A stretch of DNA of 64,000 nucleotides, taken from Patescibacteria group bacterium (GTDB lineage Bacteria > Patescibacteriota > Patescibacteriia > UBA9934). The stretch's first letter is position 1. Each line of letters opens with the position of its first letter. The stretch lies in the NCBI GenBank assembly GCA_041660165.1, contig JBAZWW010000002.1, positions 43,290 through 107,289 of the forward strand. Reading direction: 5' to 3'. The translations under genes were made by a program, and so were the position numbers. Under the pieces are notes generated by a model. The model was not told the DNA's origin and did no database searches. It was given only the letters and a program-made list of their open reading frames with translations. This document shows, piece after piece, positions 8,513 to 18,840 of this stretch.

Positions 8513-9058
8513 ATGATCTCATTCATTGAAGGCATTTTGGCAGACCACGAAGCGGATGGCGTGGTGGTTAACGTCAACGGCGTTGGCTATAAACTTGCTG
8601 TTCCGCGAGTTACCTCGGAGGTTGGCGACAAGGTGAAATTCTACGTGGCCGAGGTCATTCGAGAAGATCGTTACGATCTCTATGGATTTTCGACAAGAGA
8701 CGAGCGCACGCTTTTTCATATTTTGACGGGTGTTCAAGGCGTTGGTCCAAAAATGGGTGCCAAGATCCTCGCCTCTGCCACGGCCGATGCCCTGCGCAAG
8801 CGCATCCAGCAGAGCGACGTCTCATTTTTCACCAGCATTTCCGGCGTGGGTAAAAAAACGGCGCAGAAAATCATCCTCGATCTTAAGGGTATTATTGTTG
8901 ATGGTGATGCTAAGGGTTCGATGGGCGAAAAATCCGATGAAGTGGTTGAGGCGCTTGAAAGTTTGGGCTATTCCCGTGAGGATATTTCTTCCGTCATGCC
9001 TCATGTAGTTGGTGAGACGGTAGAAAAGAGAGTAAAATCTGCGTTGAAGATGCTATGA
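8513..9058 (+). CDS. ruvA: Holliday junction DNA helicase RuvA
   Basis: MISFIEG start, GVGYKL and GVGPKMGAKIL helix-hairpin-helix motifs, about 180 aa. Confidence 0.85.
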   Translation: MISFIEGILADHEADGVVVNVNGVGYKLAVPRVTSEVGDKVKFYVAEVIREDRYDLYGFSTRDERTLFHILTGVQGVGPKMGAKILASATADALRKRIQQSDVSFFTSISGVGKKTAQKIILDLKGIIVDGDAKGSMGEKSDEVVEALESLGYSREDISSVMPHVVGETVEKRVKSALKML

Positions 9059-10029
9059 CCCCAGCGCAAGCATGGAACGATAAGATCCGACCCTTCCTTC
9101 CGCCCTTTGGCGGATTTTTGCAATCGTATGAGTGGGGCGAATTCCAAGAATCGCTTGGTTTCAAAGTGATTCGGATTTTCGAGGAATCCTCGAAGGGCAC
9201 GGTAGTCGCTCAGGTGATTGAACAACCGCTGAAATTTGGCAAAAAGTACTATTTGATTCCTAAGGGCCCACTTGGCAACGCCTCGCCAAAGACAATGATT
9301 GAGGTCCTCAAGCACAAACTCCCCAAGGCCGCTTTTTTGAAGATCGAACCTACCCAAAAAATAAAAGGTGGCGTCTTGATGCATGAACGGCATCCTCAGA
9401 CCACGGCAATGGTCAGTTTTCGCAAAAGCGGGGTTTCAAACCCCGCCCAGGTCGCGGACGATCTCCTCAATCGCATGAAACCCAAGACCCGCTACAACAT
9501 CAAGCTTGCCGAAAAGAAACATGTCACGATTCGTATTGCCGGTCCTGAGGCTTTTGGCGAGTTCATGGAGCTCATGAAAGACACGGCTAAGCGCGACGGC
9601 TTCTCGCTCCACTTGCCGGACAGGTATCTGAACATGCTCAAGGTATTGAAAGGAGGAGAATGCCGAGCGTTTCTCGCGTTTGCCGACTTTGAGGGCAAGG
9701 CCCTTGCCGTTAATCTCATGATCGACAGTTTTGGTGCCCGAACATATCTGCACGGTGCGTCGAGTAGTGAAAACCGCAATGTCATGGCGCCGTATGCTCT
9801 GCACTGGCATTTGATCAAAGACGCCGTTGAGAAGGGTATGCTGAGTTACGATTTCTGGGGGATCGCCCCCGTTGGCGCTAGCGATGATCATCCCTGGGCT
9901 GGCATTACTCGCTTCAAACTCGGCTTTGGCGCGGACGTAGTCGAAATGCCCGGCACGTTCGATTTACCGATCTCGAGTTTTTGGTACGGCGTTTATAAAT
10001 TGGCGAGAAGAATGAGCGGGCTTAAGTAG
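9055..10029 (+). CDS. FemAB-family peptidoglycan interpeptide-bridge aminoacyltransferase-like protein
   Basis: YNIKLAEK...TIRIA and FLAFADFEGKALAV regions typical of FemX/MurM. The start overlaps the ruvA stop (ATGA). Confidence 0.75.
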   Translation: MTPAQAWNDKIRPFLPPFGGFLQSYEWGEFQESLGFKVIRIFEESSKGTVVAQVIEQPLKFGKKYYLIPKGPLGNASPKTMIEVLKHKLPKAAFLKIEPTQKIKGGVLMHERHPQTTAMVSFRKSGVSNPAQVADDLLNRMKPKTRYNIKLAEKKHVTIRIAGPEAFGEFMELMKDTAKRDGFSLHLPDRYLNMLKVLKGGECRAFLAFADFEGKALAVNLMIDSFGARTYLHGASSSENRNVMAPYALHWHLIKDAVEKGMLSYDFWGIAPVGASDDHPWAGITRFKLGFGADVVEMPGTFDLPISSFWYGVYKLARRMSGLK

Positions 10030-10067
10030 TCTTTTAATTCTTACACATCGAGCATCCTATAAAAGCA

Positions 10068-10092
10068 CGAAACCCCCGGACCGAATGTCCAG
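10068..10092. terminator. hairpin, possible terminator
   Basis: CCCCCGGAC-n-GTCCAGGGGG imperfect stem after the stop at 10029. Confidence 0.3.
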
Positions 10093-10516
10093 GGGGTAGA
10101 TTGCTCCGCACGCGGGCGGGCTAAGGAATCTTTTTGCAGGTTTTCTTCCAGGCTGACAGCACCTTTTCTTGCACGTCGAGATTGACTTGTTGCTCGGTAA
10201 CCATCCGTTGGAGAACGTGGATCGTTTGTTGTTGTGAATAGCAATACGAGCCAAGAAGAAGGACGATGAGCAAGAAGAACGAGGACACAAGAATGCCGAT
10301 GGGCAAACTATGGTGTTCGGGAAGAGATTCTACGTATGTATTATTGTTGGTCACCTTGTCTCCAAAACAGAAAATTATACTAACTCCTTCACGCGGCTTG
10401 GTCAATGTTCATGCACTTGTTCACACGGCTGTCCAGGTTGAACACAATTTGTATCCTCCCCCTAGCCCCTCCGATTATTGGAGGGGGAAGCGGGAAATGC
10501 GTGATATAATGCACGC

Positions 10517-11653
10517 ATGCGAATAGGCATTGACGCACGATTTTTTGGTCCGCGGGTGGGGGGAGGCGGTTTAGGCCGTTATGTCTCTGAGTTGGTGAAC
10601 CATTTGCAGGAAATTGATCATGACAATGAGTACGTTATTTTTCTCAAAAAAGAAAATTTTCATGAGTTCGTGGTAACTGGCGGAAATTTTTCAAAAAAGA
10701 TGGTTGATGTGCCGTGGTACTCGCTGGCTGAGCAGACAATCATGCCGAGAGAAATTGCTCTCGCCAAAGTAGATTTCATGCACTATCCGCACTGGAATGT
10801 GCCGGTGTTTTCGCGCGTGCCGTTCATTGTGACGATTCATGATTTGATCTTACTTGAGGATCCAGCGTCCGCGCGTTCAACTACTCGTGGCGCGTTCGTG
10901 CATGGACTCAAACACGTCGGTTTTAGGATCGCGCTTGAGAGAGCCATTCATGGTTCTCGCCACATCATTGCCGTTTCCGAAGCCACCAAACGCTCCATCC
11001 TCAAACACTTTAAGGTGAAGCCGGCCAAGATTACTGTTATTCATAATGGAGTTTCTGAGCCAAAGACGGGGAAGGGCGTCTCACTCCGGGACCTTGGTGT
11101 TGTTCAGCCGTACTTCCTGTACGTGGGCAACATGTATCCGCACAAGAATCTTGATACGCTCGTTGAGGCCTTTATGGCGGTTCACGCTTCGCACCCCGAT
11201 GCTCAGCTGGTGATAGCCGGGAAGTATGATGAGTTCGGTAAGAAATTGTCACAAAAGACCGCCGAGCTCGGCCTGCCAAATGGTGCGGTGCGGTTTCTTA
11301 ACTTGCCCACGGATGAGGAGATCGGTGCGTTATACCGCAACGCCGTCATGCTTGCGTATCCGTCGAGAATCGAGGGTTTTGGCATCCCTCCTGTTGAGGC
11401 CTTGCTCGCCGGAACGCCCGTGATGGCCTCAAACACATCCTCAATGCCCGAGGTCTTGGGCGAGTTTGTGAAATACGTTGATCCTGACGATTCACAGGAC
11501 ATGGCGCGCATCATGGTGGATGCACTCGTCCACCAAGAAAAATGGGCTGGGTTGAAAACGCGCGGAATGGACTGGGCCAAGAGGTACAATTGGACTACCG
11601 CCTCCAGGCAAACGCTGGAAACATATTTGCTTCACGGCCCGCGCCGGAAATAA
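10517..11653 (+). CDS. glycosyltransferase family 4 (GT1 fold)
   Basis: MRIGIDARFF start, and a C-terminal EGFGIPPVEAL motif. Confidence 0.85.
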   Translation: MRIGIDARFFGPRVGGGGLGRYVSELVNHLQEIDHDNEYVIFLKKENFHEFVVTGGNFSKKMVDVPWYSLAEQTIMPREIALAKVDFMHYPHWNVPVFSRVPFIVTIHDLILLEDPASARSTTRGAFVHGLKHVGFRIALERAIHGSRHIIAVSEATKRSILKHFKVKPAKITVIHNGVSEPKTGKGVSLRDLGVVQPYFLYVGNMYPHKNLDTLVEAFMAVHASHPDAQLVIAGKYDEFGKKLSQKTAELGLPNGAVRFLNLPTDEEIGALYRNAVMLAYPSRIEGFGIPPVEALLAGTPVMASNTSSMPEVLGEFVKYVDPDDSQDMARIMVDALVHQEKWAGLKTRGMDWAKRYNWTTASRQTLETYLLHGPRRK

Positions 11654-14079
11654 TTGTGGAAAAAGAGGAAAACAAAAATGGCAAAAAGGTTATTCGGATC
11701 AAAAGAGGGGGAACACCCGTCTCTCCATTTATTGTTCGTCTTTCACATCCCGGCCAAGCACTTGAGAACGCGCGCGATCTGATTGCTGATCTGGCCGCCA
11801 GTTTTGTGATTGACGGTGATGATGAAGCGGGTGAGGCTGATCTGGTGGAAACAAGGTCTGCTGACGGAGAATGCATTATTGCCTTTGATGAGTTCAGAGA
11901 ACAATTGCTGGAAGACCGGCCAGTTTCCGCCCCCGAATCCACCCTGGCCCTAACCTTGGCTTCTCCTAGGATGGGAGGGGAATTCGCAAAATTTAAGGCT
12001 CTCGAAAAGTTCGACCTTCCAGATGAGCCCATTTTCTCTATTGTTCAAATAGCTCCGGTTGAAATTGATGTTGTAGAGCTCTTTGCGGATGATGGCCCTA
12101 CGGCGCTGGCTAAGAAGATCGTTGATCTCTTTTCTTGGAAGCGCGGACTGGCATCATTCGTGCTGGTCGCGTTTGTGCTCGCGGCCCCTTTGAATGCCGT
12201 GCAAGTCTTTGCCCACGCTCGCGGAACGGCAGACACGGTGCAGAATCAGGGGAAGTCCGCGCTTGAAGCATTTTTTAGAGGCGCCGGTTCATTGTCTGAC
12301 AAGAATTTCGATTCTGCGCAAAAAGATTTCTCAAGGGCCGCGGAGGATTTTGCTGACGCACAGTCTTCGCTTAACGATATGCACACGGCCGTAACGGCTG
12401 TGTTGACCGTCATCCCGCAGACTGACAAGACCATGAGTTCGGTCCGGGGGCTGATGAACGCCGGGGAGGAACTTTCCCAGACGGCCGAGATCCTTGCGCT
12501 GGCCGCGGATGACGTTGGCAGTCTCAAGTCCGCCACGCTGGTTGAAAAAATCGGCTTGCTGTCTACGTACGTTGAAAAAGCCGAACCGCATGTTGAATCA
12601 GCTGAGGCATCAATGAAGCGCGTTGATCCCAGTGTTGTCCCTGCCGAGTATTTCACCCGCGTTAAGGAACTCCAGGATAATTTGCCAAAACTGCACTCTG
12701 CCATGGGCGAGTTTGTCGAGTTTACCGACGCGCTGACCACGGTGCTTGGCGGTCATGGCCAGGTCAGATACCTGGCGGCCTTCCAAAACAACACTGAACT
12801 CCGGCCGACTGGAGGATTCGTGGGAAGTTTTGCCGAACTCGATGTGAAAGACGGTGCGATTGAAAAAATGAACGTGCCAACCGGCGGTTCGTACTCCGGA
12901 GAGGGCCAGCTGACGCAATATGTGGCCGCGCCGGGTCCGCTCCAGCTCTTAAAAGCCCGCTGGGAATTCCAGGACGCTAACTGGTTTCCGGATTTTCCTT
13001 CCTCGGCTAAGAAAATGCTCTGGTTCCACGGTTATGCCGGCGGACCCACTATGGACGGCGTGATCGCGGTCAATGCCACGTTCGTGCAGAAACTCCTTGG
13101 CGTTCTTGGGCCGGTTGAAATGCCGGCGTACGGCAGGACCATCACCGCCGACAATTTCCTGCTTGAAACGCAGAAGATCGTAGAACTGGAATACGATAAA
13201 ACGGAGAACGCGCCCAAGGCATTCATTGGGGATCTCGCTCCAGTATTACTCGATCGTCTAACAAGGGCTGATTATCCCACGCTTCTCAAAGTTCTCGATA
13301 TTTTGGGCAAGGGGATGGAGCAGAAGGACATCCAGGTCTACTTCCAGGACAACGCGCTTGAAGCGTCCATGGAAAGCCTTGGCTGGTCAGGTTCGGTCAA
13401 GTCAACAAGCGGGGACTATCTCATGGTAGTGGATACAAACCTTGGCGGAGGAAAAACGGACGGCGTAATTGATCAGGATGTAAACGTTGATGTGTCAATT
13501 GATGAGGCTGGCGCAGTGATTGATACCGTAACCATCAAAAAGACTCACCGCGGGATGAAGAATGAGCTGTTCCGCGGGTTGAATAACGTTGATTACCTTC
13601 GAGTGTATGTTCCGGAAGGGGCCGAGCTTCTTACGGCTTCAGGCTTCACTCCGCCCAGCGACTCGCTGTACAAGACGGCGAATGTCCCGCTTGGCATTGA
13701 TGAAGATTTGGCTGTGTCCATGAAAAATATCCGCAAGGACGCTTCGGGAACTGATATTTGGGAGGAAGACGGCAAGACGGTTTTTGGCAACTGGATGCAA
13801 ACCGCGCCGGGAACAGAGGAGACCGTGACATTTACCTACAAGTTGCCTTTGAAGGTTGAGCTGAATACTGAGCATTCGTTTTTATCGAGTGCTTCGCCGA
13901 TCTCGTATTCGCTTTTTCTTCAGAAACAGTCAGGCGTGGAAAAGCGCATCACGAATGTTCGCGTGAATCTCCCGCATGAGGTTCCAGTGTTGTGGACTTC
14001 AGCAGATGCTCAGGCAAATGTGACAGGGTACGCGACGAATGACCATGACGCTTTCTTTGGTTGGCTTTTTGCGCGCTAG
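11542..14079 (+). CDS. large membrane-anchored extracytoplasmic protein, hypothetical
   Basis: One TM segment (LASFVLVAFVLAAPL) then about 650 aa of extracellular-type sequence. The start is uncertain: ATG 11542 overlaps the upstream gene by 112 nt, and GTG 11656 or ATG 11968 are alternatives. Confidence 0.55.
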   Translation: MGWVENARNGLGQEVQLDYRLQANAGNIFASRPAPEIIVEKEENKNGKKVIRIKRGGTPVSPFIVRLSHPGQALENARDLIADLAASFVIDGDDEAGEADLVETRSADGECIIAFDEFREQLLEDRPVSAPESTLALTLASPRMGGEFAKFKALEKFDLPDEPIFSIVQIAPVEIDVVELFADDGPTALAKKIVDLFSWKRGLASFVLVAFVLAAPLNAVQVFAHARGTADTVQNQGKSALEAFFRGAGSLSDKNFDSAQKDFSRAAEDFADAQSSLNDMHTAVTAVLTVIPQTDKTMSSVRGLMNAGEELSQTAEILALAADDVGSLKSATLVEKIGLLSTYVEKAEPHVESAEASMKRVDPSVVPAEYFTRVKELQDNLPKLHSAMGEFVEFTDALTTVLGGHGQVRYLAAFQNNTELRPTGGFVGSFAELDVKDGAIEKMNVPTGGSYSGEGQLTQYVAAPGPLQLLKARWEFQDANWFPDFPSSAKKMLWFHGYAGGPTMDGVIAVNATFVQKLLGVLGPVEMPAYGRTITADNFLLETQKIVELEYDKTENAPKAFIGDLAPVLLDRLTRADYPTLLKVLDILGKGMEQKDIQVYFQDNALEASMESLGWSGSVKSTSGDYLMVVDTNLGGGKTDGVIDQDVNVDVSIDEAGAVIDTVTIKKTHRGMKNELFRGLNNVDYLRVYVPEGAELLTASGFTPPSDSLYKTANVPLGIDEDLAVSMKNIRKDASGTDIWEEDGKTVFGNWMQTAPGTEETVTFTYKLPLKVELNTEHSFLSSASPISYSLFLQKQSGVEKRITNVRVNLPHEVPVLWTSADAQANVTGYATNDHDAFFGWLFAR

Positions 14080-14080
14080 T

Positions 14081-15970
14081 ATGAAGAAGATCAAGCGCAT
14101 CCATCCAATCCGCAAATCGCCAAGGCGGGGTTTAAACCCCGCCCTCCACGCCAACCCCGCCAAGGGCATACAAGAATCGGAAATGGACGAGGGCTTGCGC
14201 GCAATTTATGGCAACAAGCCGGATGATTTGCATGTGATGACGTCTGGAGGTTCGCGTCTTACGTTTTTTTTGACTAGGATTGTGGCGGTACTCGCGGTTG
14301 CAACGGTGCTCGTGCTCGGCGGTTTATATCTTTCAAGCAAGGGTTTGCTCTTTAACCATACGTTTGTTCCGCTCGTACTTGCCGTTGAGGTTCCGCAGAA
14401 GCTCAAGAGCGGGGAAGCCGTGACCATTTCTATTCCGTATGAGAATCCGCAGAGCGTGCCGATCGCTTCACTTGAGATCAATGTAAACCTGCCCGTGGGA
14501 TTCCGCGTCACAAAATCCATTCCAGAGCCAACGGATTCAGCGGAGATGATTTATAAGCTTGGGAGCGTAAACGCCCACGACAAAGGTGTGATTACGATTG
14601 ACGGCCTTTGGTTGACGAGCACTCCGTCAACATCCGGCGTTCAAGCCATTGCCAGCTATAAGCCGGCCAATTTTGATTCTGATTTTTCGCAGATCGCCTC
14701 GGCTAATGTGGAAACTACGGACAGTGTGCTGACAACTAAGATGGAAGGTCCAGACACGGCCGCTCCGGGCGCGCCGATTAGCTACTCGGTGACGGTTACG
14801 AACACGGGAACTACCATCGTCTCCGGTGCGACCCTTGATCTAACTCTCCCCGTTGGCTTTTCTGTCTCAAAGAGCACGCCGGCCTTTGCGCCGGGGGACT
14901 TACCGCGGTGGTTGCTTGGTGATCTGAAACCGGCAGGCGAGGCCAAGGTTTCCGTTCTTGGCGTTTACGCCTCTGATGTGAACGGTTCATCGGGTGTTTC
15001 GGCAGTGATTTCGCTTTCCTCAACCGCCACCGCCAGCCAGCCCGTCCATTTACTGACGCAGGCTGAGACCTCGGTTAGTACAAACGTGAGTGGCGGAAAC
15101 ATTCGCCTGTCGCTCGTGGCGAACGGTTTGACGGGTGATGTCACAGTTGAACCTGGCAAGGATTTACGTCTTGGTTTCAGACTTGAAAACACCGGCACTA
15201 TGCCGATTATTGATGCCGTAGTTTTGCTCGACTTCCAGCCAGATAAGGGCGTGCCGATTGTTTGGGCCAAGGCGTCTCTTGACGGTGGAGTGATGACTAA
15301 GGATGGCATCCTGTTTGATGCAAAAAAAATCGGTATCGTGAACCCGAATGAGAAGAAAACCTTTAACTTGTCATTCCCAATCAAAGCAGAGCTGACCGCT
15401 ACGGACGCGCAGTCCTTTTCAGCCGTGGCCAGGGCTACAACTGCCGGCTCGACCATTCTCTCAACTCCCGTGAATGCCAAGGTAAACGCCACCGTGGCCT
15501 TTGCCGGCACAGCTCACTATTATTCTACTGACGGCGCAGCCATTGGCACGGGTCCCATGCCCCCGCAGGTTGGCCAGGCTACTTCTTATGAGGTCATGTG
15601 GACCGTCACGCATGGTTTGCACGCGCTTGAAAATCTTGCCGTCACCGCCGTTCTCCCCACGGGCGTCACTTTCTCTGCTCAGCAAGCTGCGGACGCTGGC
15701 GCGGTGACTTTTGACGAGGCCACCCGCACCGTTCACTGGGACGTGTCTGCTATCACTGCTGGCGCCTCCGCCCTTCACGCCAAATTCTACGTCACCGCCA
15801 CGCCTGAAGCCTCAGACGCCGGCAAACTCATGAAACTCCTTGGTAGTAGCTCTCTTCGAGTAACTGACTCTGACACTCAAGCGCGGATTGACAGAGATCT
15901 TGATCCCATGACGACTGAGCTTCCACTCGACACCTTTGCCGTGGGAAAGGGGATAGTCGTAGCGCCGTAG
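14081..15970 (+). CDS. cell-surface protein with DUF11-like repeats
   Basis: N-terminal TM, repeated xISYSVTVTNTGTTIVSGATLDLTLPVGF-type beta-sandwich repeats. Starts 2 nt after the upstream stop. Confidence 0.6.
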   Translation: MKKIKRIHPIRKSPRRGLNPALHANPAKGIQESEMDEGLRAIYGNKPDDLHVMTSGGSRLTFFLTRIVAVLAVATVLVLGGLYLSSKGLLFNHTFVPLVLAVEVPQKLKSGEAVTISIPYENPQSVPIASLEINVNLPVGFRVTKSIPEPTDSAEMIYKLGSVNAHDKGVITIDGLWLTSTPSTSGVQAIASYKPANFDSDFSQIASANVETTDSVLTTKMEGPDTAAPGAPISYSVTVTNTGTTIVSGATLDLTLPVGFSVSKSTPAFAPGDLPRWLLGDLKPAGEAKVSVLGVYASDVNGSSGVSAVISLSSTATASQPVHLLTQAETSVSTNVSGGNIRLSLVANGLTGDVTVEPGKDLRLGFRLENTGTMPIIDAVVLLDFQPDKGVPIVWAKASLDGGVMTKDGILFDAKKIGIVNPNEKKTFNLSFPIKAELTATDAQSFSAVARATTAGSTILSTPVNAKVNATVAFAGTAHYYSTDGAAIGTGPMPPQVGQATSYEVMWTVTHGLHALENLAVTAVLPTGVTFSAQQAADAGAVTFDEATRTVHWDVSAITAGASALHAKFYVTATPEASDAGKLMKLLGSSSLRVTDSDTQARIDRDLDPMTTELPLDTFAVGKGIVVAP

Positions 15971-15982
15971 GCCGTGTATCCC

Positions 15983-16006
15983 ATCCTGAGCGACAGCGAA
16001 GGATCT
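15983..16006 (+). repeat. palindromic repeat family copy (CATCCTGAGCGACAGCGAAGGATC)
   Basis: Same core, 13 nt after the surface-protein stop. Confidence 0.7.
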
Positions 16007-16049
16007 AGAGATGGTAGGTATTTTAGATATTGTGTAGGATAAATGTCAT

Positions 16050-16703
16050 ATGAAAACCGTCCTCATCACCGGTATTAGTCGTGGAATTGGCCGGGCGCTT
16101 GCTGAGAAGTTTCTTGAAAATGGTGATGTTGTGATTGGCACGTCAAGAACTGGTTCCGTTGATTTTGTTCACGAGAACCTGACAGTTATAGGGCTGGAGC
16201 TGACAGCTCCTGCCAGTATTGAGGCATGCGCAAAGAGCGTCCAGACGCTTGGGAAGAAGATTGATATTTTTATAAACAATGCCGGAGTGTGGGATGAGGG
16301 TGATGATACGGAAGAGGTGAATATTCCGGCCCTCCGCCGAACACTTGAGGTGAATCTTATTGCGCCCATTGCCTTCACTGAACAAATTCTTCAGCTCGTG
16401 AACCGCCGTGGACACATTGTGAATATTTCTTCCCGCCGGGGTTCGCTGGCTAATTTGAATGATACAAAATATCCGTCGTACAGTATTTCAAAAACGGCTT
16501 TGAACATGTTTACTCGGCTCCTGGCCGTTCGACTTGAGGGAAGAATCACCGTTTCTTCTGTTCATCCCGGCTCAGTCAAAACTGACATGAACCCCGACGG
16601 GAAGATATCTGCTCAAGAATCCGCTGACGATATCTTCAAACTCGCAAATTCAGATGTTGAGACCGGGCAATTCTGGTTTAAGGGCGAGAAGATGGCGTGG
16701 TAG
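16050..16703 (+). CDS. SDR-family short-chain dehydrogenase/reductase
   Basis: TGISRGIGRALA Rossmann motif, and a YxxxK catalytic pair (YPSYSISK). Confidence 0.85.
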   Translation: MKTVLITGISRGIGRALAEKFLENGDVVIGTSRTGSVDFVHENLTVIGLELTAPASIEACAKSVQTLGKKIDIFINNAGVWDEGDDTEEVNIPALRRTLEVNLIAPIAFTEQILQLVNRRGHIVNISSRRGSLANLNDTKYPSYSISKTALNMFTRLLAVRLEGRITVSSVHPGSVKTDMNPDGKISAQESADDIFKLANSDVETGQFWFKGEKMAW

Positions 16704-16705
16704 AT

Positions 16706-17530
16706 TTATTTCAACAATTTTCTAACTGTATTATTTGTTATCAACGACTTCATTTGGGTGATAGCAATTTCGTTTAGTTTGAGTAGCCGATCGCTTTGTG
16801 TTATCCCCATCTTAATAAACTCGGCATTGAAGCTTTCGAGGTTCGCTAGACAGACTAGTTGATGGACATCGGCATAATCCCGAATGTTACCGTCTTTGCC
16901 TCTGTGTTTTGCCCGCCATTGTTGAGCGGTCATGCCAAAGAGCGACATGTTGAGCACATCAGCCTCAGTTGCGTACGCTTTAGTTGCCTCGGCGAGAGAT
17001 AGCTTTTGCGGAATGACGACATTCTCTTTTATAGAATCTGTGTGAATCTTGTAGTTAATTTTCGTGAGCATGCGTTTGGCATCCCAGCCTACTGCCAAGC
17101 GTTCGTTTTCTTCTACCTTGAGTCTTTGGAACTCCTTTATGAGATAGAGCTTGAATTCCGGAGAAATCCAGGTGGCGAATTCAAAGGCGATGTCCTTGTG
17201 GGCAAATGTTCCTCCGCCATAACGGCCAGATTTGGTCAAAATACCGGTTGCATTGACTGCTTCAATCCAGCGCTTGGGCGTCAGAGAAAAGCTATTCGCG
17301 CCAGCACTGTTTTTAAACCCCTCGAATTCGAGGGGTTTAAAAGAGGGATTATTAATTTGTTCCCAAATTCCCAAAAATTCAATAGTATCCATTGTTCGCA
17401 TCCAATTCTGAATGAGATGATCCGTTCGATCCGTGTCCGTGTATCTCGCGATATCGGTTAACGAAATATAATCGGTCTCATTTTGGTTGAAAGTATGTAT
17501 TTGCAGTCCCAGGGTAATGATTTTCTTCAT
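16706..17530 (-). CDS. KilA-N domain protein
   Basis: MKKIITLGLQIHTFNQNETDYISLTDIARY... matches the widespread KilA-N domain family. The start is set at the internal MKK. Confidence 0.65.
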   Translation of the reverse strand: MKKIITLGLQIHTFNQNETDYISLTDIARYTDTDRTDHLIQNWMRTMDTIEFLGIWEQINNPSFKPLEFEGFKNSAGANSFSLTPKRWIEAVNATGILTKSGRYGGGTFAHKDIAFEFATWISPEFKLYLIKEFQRLKVEENERLAVGWDAKRMLTKINYKIHTDSIKENVVIPQKLSLAEATKAYATEADVLNMSLFGMTAQQWRAKHRGKDGNIRDYADVHQLVCLANLESFNAEFIKMGITQSDRLLKLNEIAITQMKSLITNNTVRKLLK

Positions 17531-17592
17531 ATCAATGGATGATGCATCAAGCCTCTTTAATGTTACTGAATTCCGTGACATTAGAATGTAGA

Positions 17593-18840
17593 TCATTTAT
17601 TCTCCGCCAGGGTCTTTTCTAGAGTCTGAATGAATTCCTCAATCGGCACTCCCTTGCCCCCGTTGTCTCGCTTGGCATCGAATACGGTTTCAAAGAGAAT
17701 CGACTCGAGTGTCTCCAGCGTCTTCCTGGCCGTTTCTTTCCACGTAAACATTTTTGCCTGTTCAAGCCCCTTCTTGATCAGTGTCGTCCGAAGTTTCTCA
17801 CCATCAGTTTCATGAAAGAGCTGGAGGAGCGCCTGAGTAATATCCTCGACGTTCAACGGATCGACGAGGATGGCAGAGTCGGCGGTTATTTCGGCCAGCG
17901 AGCTGGTAAACGAGGTGATGACGGGCACGCCGGAGGCCATGGCCTCAAGGACTGGCAAGCCGAAGCCCTCGTAGAATGAAGGGAAGAGAAAGGCCGAGGC
18001 ACCTCGGAACACGGCCGGCTTGTGCTTCTCAGGAACGTAGCCAAGGAACCGAATGTCAGCGCCGAACATGGCGCGTTCTTGGGCCTCGAGTACTCTGCGA
18101 TGATGGAAACCATTACCGCCCATGATAACGAGCGGGAGGGGAACACCACCCTTTGACCTGAATGAGTCGTAGGCCTCAATTACGCCCTCTATATTTTTAC
18201 GAGGTTCAAGCGTGGCGGCACAGAGCAAGTACTCGCGGTTAAGGTCATAAGTCGCTCGAAAGGTTTTGTCAGACGGCTGTTCGCGCGGGACAAATTTGGT
18301 TTGATCTACGCCAAGATGCGTGACGGCGATCTTTTCATTGGGGATTTTGTAGTAACCGTGAACGTCTGAGGCAGTTGCCTCGGATACGGCCAGAATCCCT
18401 TGGGCATTCGTGCAAAGCACGTCGATTTTTTGCAACTTTCGAGCTAGTCGGTCTTTTCTAGAAAAAAACTTTGGGAAAATAAGAAAACTGACATCATGCA
18501 CCGTGAATAGGTACGGAAGATTCGTCTTGATGACGTTGTGGTTTGGAAAGATCCAAACGTCGGGCGTTTTCGGCAGAAAGGACTCAAGTGTAAACGGCGA
18601 AAAGGGGAGGAGCAAGAGGAGGGAAAGAAGACGATTAGGAATTCGGACGTCAACCAAGTGGATATTCCGGCGTCTGATTTGCGGTACTCGGCGAAGAGAT
18701 ACCTCGGTTCCGCTCACAAAAACAAAAAAATCATCTTCCGGGCTTTCATCGGCCAGGTTCGTAATAAGCTCAAGGGTGTAATGGCCAACGCCTGTTAACC
18801 GCTCATTCGTGAGCGCCCGGGCGTCGATTGCGATTTTCAT
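17593..18840 (-). CDS. glycosyltransferase family 4
   Basis: MKIAIDARAL start, EGFGLPVLEAMASGVPVI motif. Confidence 0.85.
   Translation of the reverse strand: MKIAIDARALTNERLTGVGHYTLELITNLADESPEDDFFVFVSGTEVSLRRVPQIRRRNIHLVDVRIPNRLLSLLLLLPFSPFTLESFLPKTPDVWIFPNHNVIKTNLPYLFTVHDVSFLIFPKFFSRKDRLARKLQKIDVLCTNAQGILAVSEATASDVHGYYKIPNEKIAVTHLGVDQTKFVPREQPSDKTFRATYDLNREYLLCAATLEPRKNIEGVIEAYDSFRSKGGVPLPLVIMGGNGFHHRRVLEAQERAMFGADIRFLGYVPEKHKPAVFRGASAFLFPSFYEGFGLPVLEAMASGVPVITSFTSSLAEITADSAILVDPLNVEDITQALLQLFHETDGEKLRTTLIKKGLEQAKMFTWKETARKTLETLESILFETVFDAKRDNGGKGVPIEEFIQTLEKTLAENK

Noticed and set aside
11542-11655. 112-nt overlap between the GT4 gene and the 845-aa protein
   Set aside because: Not resolved. 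ATG 11542 may be correct, or the true start may be GTG 11656 or a later ATG. Left as annotated with reduced confidence.
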